Of a stretch of DNA of 64,000 nt, positions 18,343 to 26,973 are shown piece after piece. The stretch is taken from assembly GCA_030583785.1 (NCBI GenBank), contig CP129475.1, forward strand, positions 25,941-89,940, read 5' to 3'. Source of the stretch: Candidatus Dojkabacteria bacterium. Lineage in GTDB: Bacteria > Patescibacteriota > Dojkabacteria > B142 > OLB20. Position numbers and translations under genes: made by a program. Below the pieces are notes generated by a model. That model was not told the DNA's origin. It worked only from the letters and a program-made list of their open reading frames with translations, and ran no database searches. Positions within the stretch are counted from its first letter, which is position 1. Each line of letters begins with the position of its first letter.

Positions 18343-18990
18343 TTAGTTATACTTCAACCAATTACCTTCTGAAATTACTTCAACTTGATTATCTTTTACC
18401 ATAATCGCCGAGTTGTCGTCTAATGCGTAAACCTGTTCGCCGATTTCTTTTGATGCAACATCTAGGTTTGCTTCTTTGATTCTATCAAAGTGTGGGGAAT
18501 TGAGGTGTGGGATTGTTTGAAAATTAACAAGACCAAGACCTTGTTTGATTTCTAGATCATATTTCTCGCCAAACAGATTTTGAACAGAGTTGTAAATGGT
18601 TGAACCGGTAATACAGCTTCCGGCACTAATTCCAACATATATACGTGCTTGCAATAGATCCGGAAGAAGATCATGCAACCCAGATTTCATAAACCAGTGC
18701 ATTAAATGGAAGGTGTTGCCGCCACCAAACAATAGGACATCTGCAGATTCAAGTCTAGGTACCCAATGCTTCTGGGGTAATGCCGAGATATCTACGATGT
18801 CTAGCTCGAATCCTGCACTCACACAATTTTGCATATCTTCTATGAGCCAGCTTTTGTCTCCCTGTTCGATATTGGCAGCTGTTGGAATAAATGCAAGCTT
18901 TGATTTGTTTGCCGATTTTTCCATTAGATTCTCCAGGGCCAATATAATTGATTTGTTCGTTAAGCCCGCAGATGTTAGAAGAAGCTTCAT
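18343..18990 (-). CDS. Peptidase S51 (dipeptidase E-like) / class-I glutamine-amidotransferase-like
   Basis: ADVLLFGGGNTFHLMHW...IYVGISAGSCI contains the nucleophile Ser motif of PepE. Confidence 0.6.
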   Translation of the reverse strand: MKLLLTSAGLTNKSIILALENLMEKSANKSKLAFIPTAANIEQGDKSWLIEDMQNCVSAGFELDIVDISALPQKHWVPRLESADVLLFGGGNTFHLMHWFMKSGLHDLLPDLLQARIYVGISAGSCITGSTIYNSVQNLFGEKYDLEIKQGLGLVNFQTIPHLNSPHFDRIKEANLDVASKEIGEQVYALDDNSAIMVKDNQVEVISEGNWLKYN

Positions 18991-19137
18991 AAAGGATTTA
19001 AGATCACAGTTAAGTATAATAGTCTTTTAATCTTTGATGAAACAAACAATCACTCAAAGATTATATCGCAAATTGTCAGTCATTGAGAATCCCGATAGAA
19101 TTGATTAATAAGTAATCAAATTATTATTGAAATTATC

Positions 19138-19611
19138 ATGAACTATCTTCAGCAAATACTACCCAAAACGGTATCGAACAAATATTCCGGTCCACTAATC
19201 CCCCTGTATGTTTTTTATCTTATAACTAGTATTTCTATTGCTAGGAGCCTGATCCACATATTCTCACAAGATGGAGGAGCTGGGAGTATTGCTACTATCC
19301 CCATCAATGATTATGTAAATGGGGGAAAAGAGGCGGTAGTATTCATGTTTGCTATGTGGGGTTTAGGACAGCTTTTAATGGGAATCTTTTATGCTATTGT
19401 TTCCATTAAATATAAAAGTTTACTGCCTTTAATGTATATCTTCATATTCTTAGAGTATTTCGGTGCTTTTCTGATAGGACAATACAAAGGATTGGCAACA
19501 GAAGGTACACCTCCTGGAGCAATTGGTGCTCAAATTCTTATGCCTCTAAGTATTATGATGCTTATCTGGATTCTGAATGGCTCTCACGAATCTAGAAGAA
19601 TTCGCAATTAA
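19138..19611 (+). CDS. Small polytopic membrane protein (4 TM), unknown
   Basis: Four hydrophobic helices. It sits immediately upstream of the heliorhodopsin gene. Confidence 0.4.
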   Translation: MNYLQQILPKTVSNKYSGPLIPLYVFYLITSISIARSLIHIFSQDGGAGSIATIPINDYVNGGKEAVVFMFAMWGLGQLLMGIFYAIVSIKYKSLLPLMYIFIFLEYFGAFLIGQYKGLATEGTPPGAIGAQILMPLSIMMLIWILNGSHESRRIRN

Positions 19612-19711
19612 TTGCTTGCTTCACCGACAAATCTTGCCTAGATAGAAAATTGGTGCATTTTCTTGAGATTAGTTCTAATATAAAAGTATTAATAATTTAT
19701 ATTTTTTCAAT

Positions 19712-20485
19712 ATGAATACAGAAAATAGCTACAAAAAGTTACGGAAGTGGAATGCAATTATGGCTGTCCTCCACTTTGTCCAAGGAATTGCAATGCTTGC
19801 TATTAGCAGAGATTTTAGCATCCCTCTAACAACTACTTACTTAGACTTCAACTTGCAAGCTAACACGATATTGCCTGTGACAAATGAGGCAATGCAACTG
19901 AATCTGGGCCAGTTTATTTCTGTATTTCTATTCTTATCAGCTTTTTTTCACTTCCTACTTATCTTACCTGGAATATATGAATGGTATGTTAAGAATCTGA
20001 AGAATAAGATTAACTATCTAAGGTGGATTGAATACGCATTTAGCTCTTCGGTTATGATTGTAGCTATCGCAATTCTTTGCGGAATGTTTGATCTTCCGAG
20101 TTTGATTCTCATCTTTGGGCTAAACGCCATGATGAACCTGTTTGGCTTGATGATGGAGCTACATAACCAAACAACGAAAAAGACTAACTGGACTGCGTTC
20201 ATCTTCGGTACAATCGCAGGAATCCTACCTTGGATTGTAATAGCCATGTACTTCTTTGGAGCAGTGTCGTCCGTAGGTACCAACATCCCAACCTTTGTAT
20301 ATGCAATTCTTGTATCGATCTTTCTGTTCTTCAATTGTTTTGCAATCAATATGTTTTTGCAGTACAAACAAGTCGGTCCGTGGAAGGATTATCTTTTTGG
20401 GGAAAGGGTTTATATTCTGTTAAGTCTGATAGCAAAATCAGCATTGGCTTGGCAAATATTCTCAGGTACTTTGAGGCCGATGTAA
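19712..20485 (+). CDS. Heliorhodopsin
   Basis: 257 aa with 7 TM. The sequence is near-collinear with the heliorhodopsin family, with blocks RKWNAIMAVLHFVQGIAMLAIS, LIFGLNAMMNLFGLMMELHNQTT and GERVYILLSLIAKSALAWQIFSGTLRP. It carries H80, the E107 counterion (RWIEY) and the TM7 Lys242 (LIAKS), matching the H80/E107/K241 triad reported for HeR 48C12. Confidence 0.75.
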   Translation: MNTENSYKKLRKWNAIMAVLHFVQGIAMLAISRDFSIPLTTTYLDFNLQANTILPVTNEAMQLNLGQFISVFLFLSAFFHFLLILPGIYEWYVKNLKNKINYLRWIEYAFSSSVMIVAIAILCGMFDLPSLILIFGLNAMMNLFGLMMELHNQTTKKTNWTAFIFGTIAGILPWIVIAMYFFGAVSSVGTNIPTFVYAILVSIFLFFNCFAINMFLQYKQVGPWKDYLFGERVYILLSLIAKSALAWQIFSGTLRPM

Positions 20486-20517
20486 GAGTTGTCAGAAATA
20501 TTTGACCCTGCACTTCA

Positions 20518-21144
20518 ATGGGTAAGCAATTGGAATTATACGAGAAATACTTTGTTAAGAACAACTTCGAAAGGTTGGGATTATTCAAGTTGCTAAGAGA
20601 TGAATTCGACATTCGATCAGCATTATACCTTGGAAGTTTTCTACATATCACTCCTGCATTTGTATTTCCCAAGACAGTCTTTGTTGATAGCGATAGACGA
20701 GTACAAAAGTTCTATGCAGATCCTGAGATAAGAAAAATGGTTAAAAGCAAAAAGCAATATAAATCAGAAGCTGACTTTATAGGTATCCAGCAAAATTACG
20801 AAAAAACCAACTTACTAGATGAGGATTCTTTTGACCTACTAATTTCTCAATATGCAGGTTTTGTCTCACAGGCTGGCAAACGCTATCTAAAGAACAATGG
20901 CATTTTAATCGTAAATAACTCTCATGGTGATGCAAGCATGGCTTTTCTTGATCAGGATTATCAATTAGTTGGAGTAATCAACCATTCTAACGGTAACTGG
21001 AGATACAGTTCCAAAAACTTAGGTGACTACTTTGTTCCAAAGAAGCCACCACATCCATCAGTTGAGCAAATTAAATCAGTGATGAGGGGGGTAGTATATA
21101 CCAAATCTGCAGGTATTTATGTTTTCAAGCTTAGCAAGGATTAG
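20518..21144 (+). CDS. Hypothetical protein
   Basis: ORF only. It lies directly downstream of the heliorhodopsin gene. Confidence 0.4.
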   Translation: MGKQLELYEKYFVKNNFERLGLFKLLRDEFDIRSALYLGSFLHITPAFVFPKTVFVDSDRRVQKFYADPEIRKMVKSKKQYKSEADFIGIQQNYEKTNLLDEDSFDLLISQYAGFVSQAGKRYLKNNGILIVNNSHGDASMAFLDQDYQLVGVINHSNGNWRYSSKNLGDYFVPKKPPHPSVEQIKSVMRGVVYTKSAGIYVFKLSKD

Positions 21145-21239
21145 GATTTGCAGTAACTCTCAGGAATAGAAATCCAATCTTCTATTCCTTTGAACCTATA
21201 AAGTACGCAATTTGATCCAGATGAGCTAAGTGATAAAAC

Positions 21240-21324
21240 CGGAGAGGACAGGATTCGAACCTGCGGTTCCTTGCGGAACACAGTCTTTCCAGGACTGCCA
21301 TTTAAACCACTCATGCACCTCTCC
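21240..21324 (-). tRNA. tRNA-Ser (anticodon GGA)
   Basis: The reverse complement GGAGAGG-TG-CAT...ATG-G-CAGTC-CTGGAAA-GACTG-(long variable arm TGTTCCGCAAGGAACC)-GCAGG-TTCGAAT-CCTGT-CCTCTCC-G folds as a class II tRNA with a 7-bp acceptor stem and G73 discriminator. CCA is not encoded. Confidence 0.8.
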
Positions 21325-21457
21325 AAATTGTAGGTAATTATAGCTTATTCGTTCTCGCTTTAGAAATAGTTAATAAAGACCTGCAATAATTTCTTTAGAA
21401 AACAGCTCTTTAGTTTTTAAGGGAACTATTCTAAAATCAGGCATATATTATTCATTT

Positions 21458-22534
21458 TTGATGGACAATAAAAAGAAAGCCCTGCTTGCAGGCGGCGGTT
21501 TGCTTGGAGGTCTACTAGTTGCAGACAAATCGGGCGCAATCGTAAAAGGTATCGCTATCGGAATAGTCTGCATTCTGCTAGCAATGCTTCTTACTTTTAA
21601 TAGTGTGGGTGGAGTTCAAGAAGTATCCAACGATGTGGCAGCAATTCCGTTGGTCAGTGTTAATGATCTTGATGGTCAACGAGGAATGGTTAAGGCTTTT
21701 GGCACTATCAGCACAGAATCGTCATTGTCATTTGAACTAGTTAAATGTGCAGAGGTAGTATGCCTTTCTCCAGAGCTATTGTTGTCAGAAGAAAATCTTG
21801 CTTACTATAAAACTACTTTGCAAAGATTCGAAGTGATTCGCAAAGTTGAAGAGCAAGAAAGTAGTGGCAGTAGAGTTAGCGAAAAAGTGACATACAAAAA
21901 TGAGTGGGTCACAAAATCAGAAAAAGAGCAGTGGGCGGATTTGAAAATTGGAAGTGTTAAGATCAACCCGGTCAAAGCAAGAACGCTTATAGATACAGAA
22001 AGAGAAGAACTTACTGGTGTTTATATCGAGGGTTTAACTCAGTTAGAGACTTACGGCAGACAACCCGCAGAAGACGAACCAGCCTTTGGAACTACTCGCG
22101 CTGTGGTTACTTATTTGCCTTTAGACGATCGTGAATATACTGTTGTTGGCGAACTCAGAAGTGATGGCTTTAGTGCCGGAGACCCGTTCATTTTCACTGA
22201 TCTATCTGACAGCCAGCTCGTCTCTCGATTAGGAGGAGAAGAGTCTACAAGCCGCTGGCTAATGCGATTTGTTGCATTTGTTCTGTTAACATTTGGCTTT
22301 ACAAGCATATTAAGTCCGATACTTGTATTTACTGACATGATTCCTCTTGCTGGTAAAGCTGCACGCAGCGCAGCAACACTTGTCAGCGCAATTGCAGCAG
22401 GTATTATTGTGTTGGCTACAGTATTCTTGCTTAATTACTGGTGGGCAATAGCATTTATAATCATTTTGGGTTTATTTGGATTTGCATTTATTGCATCTAG
22501 AAAGACCAATACTAATACAGAGCAGAAAAGTTAA
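21458..22534 (+). CDS. Membrane protein, hypothetical
   Basis: One N-terminal TM and two or three C-terminal TM segments, with a central soluble domain. Confidence 0.45.
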   Translation: MMDNKKKALLAGGGLLGGLLVADKSGAIVKGIAIGIVCILLAMLLTFNSVGGVQEVSNDVAAIPLVSVNDLDGQRGMVKAFGTISTESSLSFELVKCAEVVCLSPELLLSEENLAYYKTTLQRFEVIRKVEEQESSGSRVSEKVTYKNEWVTKSEKEQWADLKIGSVKINPVKARTLIDTEREELTGVYIEGLTQLETYGRQPAEDEPAFGTTRAVVTYLPLDDREYTVVGELRSDGFSAGDPFIFTDLSDSQLVSRLGGEESTSRWLMRFVAFVLLTFGFTSILSPILVFTDMIPLAGKAARSAATLVSAIAAGIIVLATVFLLNYWWAIAFIIILGLFGFAFIASRKTNTNTEQKS

Positions 22535-22554
22535 GATGATTTTGAATTAATGAA

Positions 22555-22578
22555 ATGCGCCGGCTTTCGCCGGCGCAT
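22555..22578. terminator. GC-rich hairpin between convergent genes, a candidate bidirectional terminator
   Basis: AATGCGCCGGC-TTTC-GCCGGCGCATT-like perfect 10-bp stem with a 4-nt loop. It sits between the stops of 21458..22534 (+) and 22597..23010 (-). The flanks are A/T-rich but lack a clean U-tract. Confidence 0.35.
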
Positions 22579-22596
22579 CAATTACAAAAGCTTAAT

Positions 22597-23010
22597 TTAT
22601 TTCATCATCTCTGCCAGATAGAGCAAAGGAACATATGCTGATAGGAAATAGAAAGCAAATCCAACAAGCGATAATACTGTTATTGTTAAAACAGAAGCTA
22701 TCCACCTAGATGCAGTTGCATTGCTGGCTGTATTATTCATGTATCTGTAAGCAGCTAGAAATCCAATCACAACATAGGTTGCTGCAAGCACTAGCATTAC
22801 CTGCATTGGTGTAGTAGGGGGTTCAACACCAAACTTTACATACAATCCTGCGGTTTTATTACCTACAGTGTAGAGGTGCAGTAATACTAAGGTTAAAACA
22901 TAGCTGAGTGAATAAAACATCAGAAACACTTGCAGAGTCTTGATTATTGGATCAAGCTGCTTAACCTGTTTTACAGCTGGTTTGGCTTTTGCCTTCTTTT
23001 TTGTGGGCAT
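22597..23010 (-). CDS. Small membrane protein (4 TM), Lys-rich N-terminus
   Basis: MPTKKKAKAKPAVKQVKQ... followed by four hydrophobic helices. Confidence 0.4.
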   Translation of the reverse strand: MPTKKKAKAKPAVKQVKQLDPIIKTLQVFLMFYSLSYVLTLVLLHLYTVGNKTAGLYVKFGVEPPTTPMQVMLVLAATYVVIGFLAAYRYMNNTASNATASRWIASVLTITVLSLVGFAFYFLSAYVPLLYLAEMMK

Positions 23011-23073
23011 GTTTTAAAGAAAATAAATTATTAATAAACTTTAAACGAAAGTATTTGAGAGTGCAATACTGCT

Positions 23074-23481
23074 CTAGTCTCTGTCTGTCTCCCCAATTTC
23101 GGGGTAGCCTTCTACAGAGAAAGTGGGGGTTAAAACAGTTGGTCTTATTTGAAATGTTTTCCCATCTTTGGCAATACAGATTGTCCCTTCTGCGGTTCGG
23201 ACCAGTTTCCCATCATTCCTGCAACTTTCAATATCAGGGGTCGTTTGCTCAGTGGCTTGTGTCGGTTGTCTATCTGCAGTAATAAACTGTGTTGCTGTAA
23301 ATATACTGACTGCAATTAATAGCATAACAACCGAAATGGCAACAACTAGAAGGTAGGCAGCCTTTTGTCTTTGAAATAATTCTTTTTCTGGAATAAAGGT
23401 GTTGATCGCTGATCGAATCGCTTTCGATACATTATTGCGTCTGTTCGGAGAAGCTTTGATTACCATAATAAAGCATAGCAA
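23074..23481 (-). CDS. Membrane-anchored hypothetical protein
   Basis: One TM (YLLVVAISVVMLLIAVSIF) and a C-terminal extracytoplasmic domain containing two Cys residues. Confidence 0.35.
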   Translation of the reverse strand: MLCFIMVIKASPNRRNNVSKAIRSAINTFIPEKELFQRQKAAYLLVVAISVVMLLIAVSIFTATQFITADRQPTQATEQTTPDIESCRNDGKLVRTAEGTICIAKDGKTFQIRPTVLTPTFSVEGYPEIGETDRD

Positions 23482-23566
23482 TTACTATCCCTTCTGTAAA
23501 ATAGAAAGTTAAGGAATAATCAGACATAATCGTGTTATACTTTCTGCTGTCTTAAAAAAGAATATA

Positions 23567-26251
23567 ATGAAAAACGATTCAATCTTTGCGAAAATTAGTA
23601 CAGCTTTTGTTGGCAGATATCGACTCACAATACTTGCCTTTATTGGAATATTTGTACTTGGTGTGGTCTCATATGCAGTTCTCCTTAAAAGAGAAGGATT
23701 CCCAGCAATAGCCATTCCAGCAGCATTCGTTCAAGTTAATTATTTCGTTAACGATGCTACACTTGTAGATCAAGAAATTACAATTCCAATTGAATCGGTA
23801 TTAGTAAATATTGAGGGTGTAGAAAAAGTTAACTCATTCACAACAGATAATTTCGCCAGATTTACCGTAAGGTTTGCAGATGGCTTTACATCTGAAACCG
23901 GATCTGAAAAGCTAAAGAATGTTATTGCCAGAGATGCTAGTCTTCCAGACTCTGCTGCTGTAATATACCAAGTAATAAATGCCGCAGCTATTGATGGCAG
24001 AAACGATCTACTACTTTCTGTCGGTGGCGATTTCAATTTAGACGAGCTCACTAGCAAGGCAGAACTAATCCGTGATGCACTCGCAAATAATCCTCTACTT
24101 ACCAAGGCAGAGGTTCAGTACCTTACTGCCAAAAACATTAATCCATTCAATGGCGAAGAGGTAGAAATTGTCACAGGTTTTAACCGTATTGGCTCTCAAG
24201 TTGATGGCGAACTTGTGTTTTATCCAGCTATTAGTATAGGTGTTAATAAAAAATTCAATGACACAGGTACACTTGAACTATCAAATGCCGTTAGGTCAGA
24301 GGTAGAAAAGCTCATCGAAGATGACAAATTGGAAGGAGTCATTATTTCCTACGGAGGTGACTTCGCAGACGGCCTTCTTAAACAAATTGGATCACTTGAA
24401 TCTAATGTTATTACAGGGCTATTGGCTGTTATTGTTGTTCTTGTTCTTTTCATTAACTGGAGAGCGGCAATTGTCACTGCGATTTTTATTCCCACAGTAT
24501 TAGCTGCAACATTCGTAGGTCTTTATGTTATTGGTTACAGTTTAAATGTCTTATCACTCTTCGCTTTAATTCTGGTACTAGGTCTTTTTGTCGATGATGG
24601 TATTGTTATTGTAGAGGCGATCGATGCAGAAAAAAAGAAAGGTGTAAAGGGAGTAAAGGCCGTCTCCAACGCTTTAAATTCTGTTGGTCTAGCGGATGTT
24701 TCAGGAACAGTAACTACATTGTTAGTTTTTCTGCCAATGGCAGCGATATCTGGAATCCTGGGCGAATTTATTAGGCTAATTCCAATTACAGTTATATTAG
24801 CTCTTTCACTTTCGTTAATTATTGCTTTAACAATTGTTCCTTTGCTTTCTCAGATTATGCTGGTCGGAAAAACCAAGTCAAAAAGTGCACTCAGTAAAAC
24901 AGCTCACCTAATATTTTATGGGTTCAGTGATCTTATTCTTAAACTTGGTAAATTAACGGGTAGCTTTGTTCGCTTCTATTTGGCAACTCCGGTCTTAACG
25001 ATAATTGTTATGGTTATTGCCTTACTGTCCGTGGCTTTAGGCATTAACTATGCAGGTATGCTTAAATTCTCTATCTTTCCCACTCCTAAAGATACAGATA
25101 GTATGCTGATAACTATTTCTTATCCAGAGCAAACATCTATCGACGCTGCAGAAACAATTGCAATAGATGCCGAAGCACAAATCAAACAAGTTGCTTCTGC
25201 AGATATCGAAAAGATAACTTACCTTAGGTCAAATGCATCTTCAGCAATAATGATTGTCGATCTAACACCAGTTGGAACTAGAGACACCGCAGAAGTAATT
25301 GCAGAAAGACTTGACGACTTATTCTCTCAGCTTGACGGTGCTGATTTCAAAGTAGAGCTTTCTAGTGCCGGACCACCAAGTAGTGACTATCCATTCGCTA
25401 TGCAAATCTTTTCCGATGATCAAGAAGTTCTTACTCTTGCATCAGCTAAATTGGCAGATTTCATCAAAGAATATGATCTCGAAACAAATTCTGTTACAGA
25501 TGTAAAAGTCGACAATCTATCTTTGCTTGCAAAAATCGATGGCAGAAGGTTTGTAGAAGTTAAAGCCAGACTATCTGATTCTGAAAATTCAGCCTCACTT
25601 GTAGAACTACAAGATGCAGTTGTTGCAGAATATAACGAAAACAATCTTTCCGATCTTGGTCTTACTGCCAATTCATTAGAATTTGATTTTGGGCAGGAAT
25701 CGGAAAACCTATCCTCATTCGGATCGGCTTTACTGGCTATGTTACTCGCCCTCCTAATTATGTATGGATTATTAGTTCTTCAGTTTAATTCTTTCCTGCA
25801 GCCGTTTCTTGTCTTTCTTGCTATTCCTTTCAGTTTCGCAGGACTATTCTTTGGCCTTTACACAACCAACAACCCACTCAGTTTCTTTGTAGTTATTGGC
25901 ATGACCGGTCTTATAGGTATTGTTGTTAATAACACAATCATGCTGTTGGATTATGCTAACCAAATGATTAAAAGCGGGGCGTCAGCGAAAGAAGCAATAT
26001 CCGAAGCTGTGGCTGTTAGATTCCGCCCTCTGCTTGCCACTTCTGTTACTACTTTGGCAGGACTTCTTCCACTTGCACTCAGTGATCCTTTCTGGGAGCC
26101 ATTATCCTTAACAATTATATTTGGATTGATGTCCAGCACAGCTCTTGTAATTACAACTTTCCCAGCATTTTTTGCTGCCGCAGAATGGTTAAGAGCTCTC
26201 AAGCGAAGTCTCTTCAAGCGAACCGGCGTGTCGTCACTTTTACAAAATTAA
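23567..26251 (+). CDS. RND-superfamily transporter permease (AcrB/MMPL-like)
   Basis: 894 aa. The N-terminus is AcrB-like: one TM, then a periplasmic/extracytoplasmic loop (FPAIAIPAAFVQVNYFVNDATLVDQEITIPIESVL). It shows the internal 12-TM duplicated architecture, and the conserved TM4/TM10-like segments are present. Confidence 0.6.
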   Translation: MKNDSIFAKISTAFVGRYRLTILAFIGIFVLGVVSYAVLLKREGFPAIAIPAAFVQVNYFVNDATLVDQEITIPIESVLVNIEGVEKVNSFTTDNFARFTVRFADGFTSETGSEKLKNVIARDASLPDSAAVIYQVINAAAIDGRNDLLLSVGGDFNLDELTSKAELIRDALANNPLLTKAEVQYLTAKNINPFNGEEVEIVTGFNRIGSQVDGELVFYPAISIGVNKKFNDTGTLELSNAVRSEVEKLIEDDKLEGVIISYGGDFADGLLKQIGSLESNVITGLLAVIVVLVLFINWRAAIVTAIFIPTVLAATFVGLYVIGYSLNVLSLFALILVLGLFVDDGIVIVEAIDAEKKKGVKGVKAVSNALNSVGLADVSGTVTTLLVFLPMAAISGILGEFIRLIPITVILALSLSLIIALTIVPLLSQIMLVGKTKSKSALSKTAHLIFYGFSDLILKLGKLTGSFVRFYLATPVLTIIVMVIALLSVALGINYAGMLKFSIFPTPKDTDSMLITISYPEQTSIDAAETIAIDAEAQIKQVASADIEKITYLRSNASSAIMIVDLTPVGTRDTAEVIAERLDDLFSQLDGADFKVELSSAGPPSSDYPFAMQIFSDDQEVLTLASAKLADFIKEYDLETNSVTDVKVDNLSLLAKIDGRRFVEVKARLSDSENSASLVELQDAVVAEYNENNLSDLGLTANSLEFDFGQESENLSSFGSALLAMLLALLIMYGLLVLQFNSFLQPFLVFLAIPFSFAGLFFGLYTTNNPLSFFVVIGMTGLIGIVVNNTIMLLDYANQMIKSGASAKEAISEAVAVRFRPLLATSVTTLAGLLPLALSDPFWEPLSLTIIFGLMSSTALVITTFPAFFAAAEWLRALKRSLFKRTGVSSLLQN

Positions 26252-26266
26252 TAGGTATAGTAACCA

Positions 26267-26295
26267 TTGACAATTAGGTATACAGGGTATACACT
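26267..26295 (+). promoter_or_regulatory. lexA promoter (TTGACA-N17-TACACT) with an overlapping GTATAC-N3-GTATAC palindrome, a candidate SOS operator
   Basis: TTGACA at 26267-26272 and TACACT at 26290-26295. The perfect inverted repeat GTATAC agg GTATAC at 26278-26292 spans the spacer and -10, about 25 nt upstream of the lexA ATG. Confidence 0.35.
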
Positions 26296-26319
26296 AGTTA
26301 AAACTATTACATACTAATT

Positions 26320-26955
26320 ATGGCTCCACACCTGACACCGGCGCAGTCTACTGTGCTTAAGTATATTAAAAACCATATTCTGGCCAGAGGTTATGCGCCA
26401 ACTTTGTCTGAACTGCAAATCTCGCTTGGGGGTATTACTAAAAGAGCTGTGGTTAAACATCTCGAGGCACTAGAACGAAAAGGCCATATTCTCAGATCCA
26501 GCAAACCCAGGGGTATAACTTTAGTAGAAGATACCGGCAGTCCAGTAATGAGCATGAATATTCTCGGTTATGCCAATGCTGGTGCACCTTTAGTTTATGC
26601 AGAAGAACAAAAAATTGGCGTACTGCGTATAGATAAAAGTCTGCTTCCTGTAACAAAAAATGTATTTGCGCTAATCATTAAAGGTGACTCTATGAATAGG
26701 CGCAAGCTTAACGGTATACCATTATCCAACGGCAATTATGCCATTGTTGCCAACAATCAAGAAGTTCGCAATGGTGATGTTGTTTTAGCAATTATAGATG
26801 GTTGTGCCACCATAAAATCTTACCGTCACGATGGCCGAATGGTGGTTCTTTATCCAGAATCCACCAATTCTTTACACAGACCTATATACCTAAGCAGTGA
26901 TAACGAAGCGAGCATTTATGGCAAAGTAATCTCGGTTTTGCGTAATCCGGTTTAA
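26320..26955 (+). CDS. lexA: LexA repressor
   Basis: N-terminal wHTH (TPAQSTVLKYIKNHILARGYAPTLSELQ...HLEALERKG). The C-terminal S24 domain has the catalytic Ser in IKGDSMN and the catalytic Lys in TIKSY. Confidence 0.8.
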   Translation: MAPHLTPAQSTVLKYIKNHILARGYAPTLSELQISLGGITKRAVVKHLEALERKGHILRSSKPRGITLVEDTGSPVMSMNILGYANAGAPLVYAEEQKIGVLRIDKSLLPVTKNVFALIIKGDSMNRRKLNGIPLSNGNYAIVANNQEVRNGDVVLAIIDGCATIKSYRHDGRMVVLYPESTNSLHRPIYLSSDNEASIYGKVISVLRNPV

Positions 26956-26973
26956 TAGCGTATACATCAAATT

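Noticed and set aside
20014-20672. Antisense and overlapping ORFs (117 aa, 91 aa, 108 aa) within and after the heliorhodopsin gene
   Set aside because: They overlap a confidently identified membrane-protein gene on the opposite or same strand and have low-complexity, motif-free translations, so they are judged spurious.
21141-21326. 61-aa ORF on the minus strand
   Set aside because: It coincides entirely with the tRNA-Ser(GGA) gene, so it is a spurious translation of tRNA sequence.
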